From: a virus | Taxonomy: Duplodnaviria; Caudoviricetes | Strand: one strand, 5' to 3' | Length of the DNA stretch: 38,057 nt | IMG/VR virus record: IMGVR_UViG_3300040985_001906 | Location: 1 to 38,057 of that record | In this document: piece after piece, positions 36,880 to 38,057 of the stretch | How positions within the stretch are numbered: the first letter of the stretch is position 1 | Layout of the letters: each line of letters begins with the position of its first letter | Made by a program: the position numbers and the translations under genes | The notes under the pieces: model-generated | What the model saw: only the letters and a program-made list of their open reading frames with translations | The model's database searches: none | Told to the model about the DNA's origin: nothing

Positions 36880-36893
36880 TACTTCTTTATATC
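36880..36893 (+). promoter_or_regulatory. Putative late promoter element TACTTCTTTATATC
   Basis: 35 nt before ATG 36915. Confidence 0.7.
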
Positions 36894-36914
36894 AAATTTT
36901 ATGGTAATGATATT

Positions 36915-37844
36915 ATGGTTTCAGCACACAACGTTACAACTCAAAGAGATATAGTTAAAGAATTACAATTTGTCACAGAAGGCAACTCAGTTAGTAGTCC
37001 TGCATTATACGGTGTAACACCAAATTCATCAACATTTGCCCTAGTAGGTAATAACACCGAGATTAACATTCAACCTGATGTTCAGCATATGGATGTCGCA
37101 GTATTGGGATCTGAAGATGTTATTGATGCAGTAAAGACACAATCATTATATGCATTTACAATTAAAAATAATCCGATTAATTTGGACCTATGGAAATATC
37201 TATGGAACTCTTCTGGAACAGGAGCAAGTAGTCCAGACAGTTCACTATCATTCACATACTCTTACAACTTGGGTGGAACTGAATATTTCCAACATATGAG
37301 AGGATGTAGAGCAACATCAGGAACTCTATCTGTATCAAGAGGTGTATGGGAACAAAGTATGACATTTATCGCAAAAGACATTACAGTACCAGCAACATCA
37401 ACAGGAGACGGAGGAACACCTGTATATACAACCACAGAAACAACATCATCTCCAATCGTACACTCTGACGGTGGAGGCAATCCATTTACATTCAATAGTG
37501 TAACATATGGAGAACGTTCATTCTCAACTACAGTAACTAGAAACATGGCAGTTATGGCAGTAAACGGAGAAAATGATATTACCTATACCAAAGCAAATGA
37601 TAGAGCAATTACATTCACAGCAGATGTCTTTGCAGGAACAGCAAGTAATATAACATCAATGGTTACAGACTACGAGGGTAAGACAGCAAGAGCAGCAAGT
37701 TATAAATTCACATCTTCTCCAAGCAAAACACTAACATTTGCAAACACAATCATTACAGATTACTCACAAACCCATGCAGCAGGTTCAACTGATGCCTTGA
37801 TAGAATCAATTACTTGTAGAGCAGAGTCCTGTACTAACGTATAG
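36915..37844 (+). CDS. Major tail tube protein
   Basis: 309 aa, Thr/Ser beta-rich, E...YGVTP and SFT...GC motifs; position. Confidence 0.75.
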   Translation: MVSAHNVTTQRDIVKELQFVTEGNSVSSPALYGVTPNSSTFALVGNNTEINIQPDVQHMDVAVLGSEDVIDAVKTQSLYAFTIKNNPINLDLWKYLWNSSGTGASSPDSSLSFTYSYNLGGTEYFQHMRGCRATSGTLSVSRGVWEQSMTFIAKDITVPATSTGDGGTPVYTTTETTSSPIVHSDGGGNPFTFNSVTYGERSFSTTVTRNMAVMAVNGENDITYTKANDRAITFTADVFAGTASNITSMVTDYEGKTARAASYKFTSSPSKTLTFANTIITDYSQTHAAGSTDALIESITCRAESCTNV

Positions 37845-37874
37845 ATTTAAATACTAAAAATTTAAACGAATCAT

Positions 37875-38057
37875 ATGGTATTTTTAAATGTAGATAAAAA
37901 GGTATGGGTTATTAAAGACTTGGAGATTCCTGTCATAGAAGATACACCTATGAAGGAAATGAAATGGTTTAGAGATAAAGTAAAATGGGCTGCCGAAAGA
38001 GAGGAGAAAGGAGATATTACACAAACTCAAGCATTACAAGTAGATGAGGAATGGTGG
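37875..38057 (+). CDS. Tail assembly chaperone, 5' part (continues at window start)
   Basis: MVFLNVDKKVWVIKDLEIPVIEDTPMKEMKWF...; TTTAAATA about 29 nt upstream. Confidence 0.75.
   Translation, partial: MVFLNVDKKVWVIKDLEIPVIEDTPMKEMKWFRDKVKWAAEREEKGDITQTQALQVDEEWW
37966..38057. repeat. Terminal direct repeat, copy 2
   Basis: Identical to nt 2-93. Confidence 0.97.

Noticed and set aside
37966-38057. 92-bp terminal repeat as a biological terminal repeat or att site
   Set aside because: It lies mid-gene and has a length typical of assembler overlap; best read as circular closure.
1-38057. Integrase, tRNA, amoC, PCNA or primase genes
   Set aside because: No recognisable motifs by eye; tRNAscan-SE and HMM searches are needed to exclude divergent copies.

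Overview
The window looks like a complete, circularly assembled genome (~37,964 bp; nt 2-93 repeat at 37966-38057) of a siphovirus-like head-tail archaeal virus. An archaeal host is indicated by MCM, an Hjc resolvase and TATA-type leaderless promoters. Small Zn-ribbon genes resembling Nitrososphaerota (ammonia-oxidising archaea) proteins suggest that host group, which is an inference. Modules: packaging and head (TerS, TerL, portal, protease-capsid fusion), tail (tube, chaperone, tape measure, hub, collar fibre), a 5.5 kb adhesin cassette, replication/modification (MCM, two methyltransferases, DEDD exonuclease, Hjc), and an AT-rich island encoding a SWIM finger, an amidoligase and a class II glutamine amidotransferase. 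Most notable: (1) a non-TATA TACTTC-type element 34-37 nt before 12 start codons, mostly of virion genes, including one inside the protease-capsid gene and one before an unannotated Cys-rich micro-ORF; (2) three cases where this element sits back-to-back with a TATA-driven antisense gene; (3) a dispersed TCCGTWACGGA palindrome; (4) an amidoligase with a 29-Cys insert inside its catalytic core; (5) nested adhesins built on a split scaffold, in a cassette that appears to split a LamG gene; (6) a U-UUU-UUA -1 frameshift in the tail chaperone. All calls come from reading motifs by eye; no searches were run.
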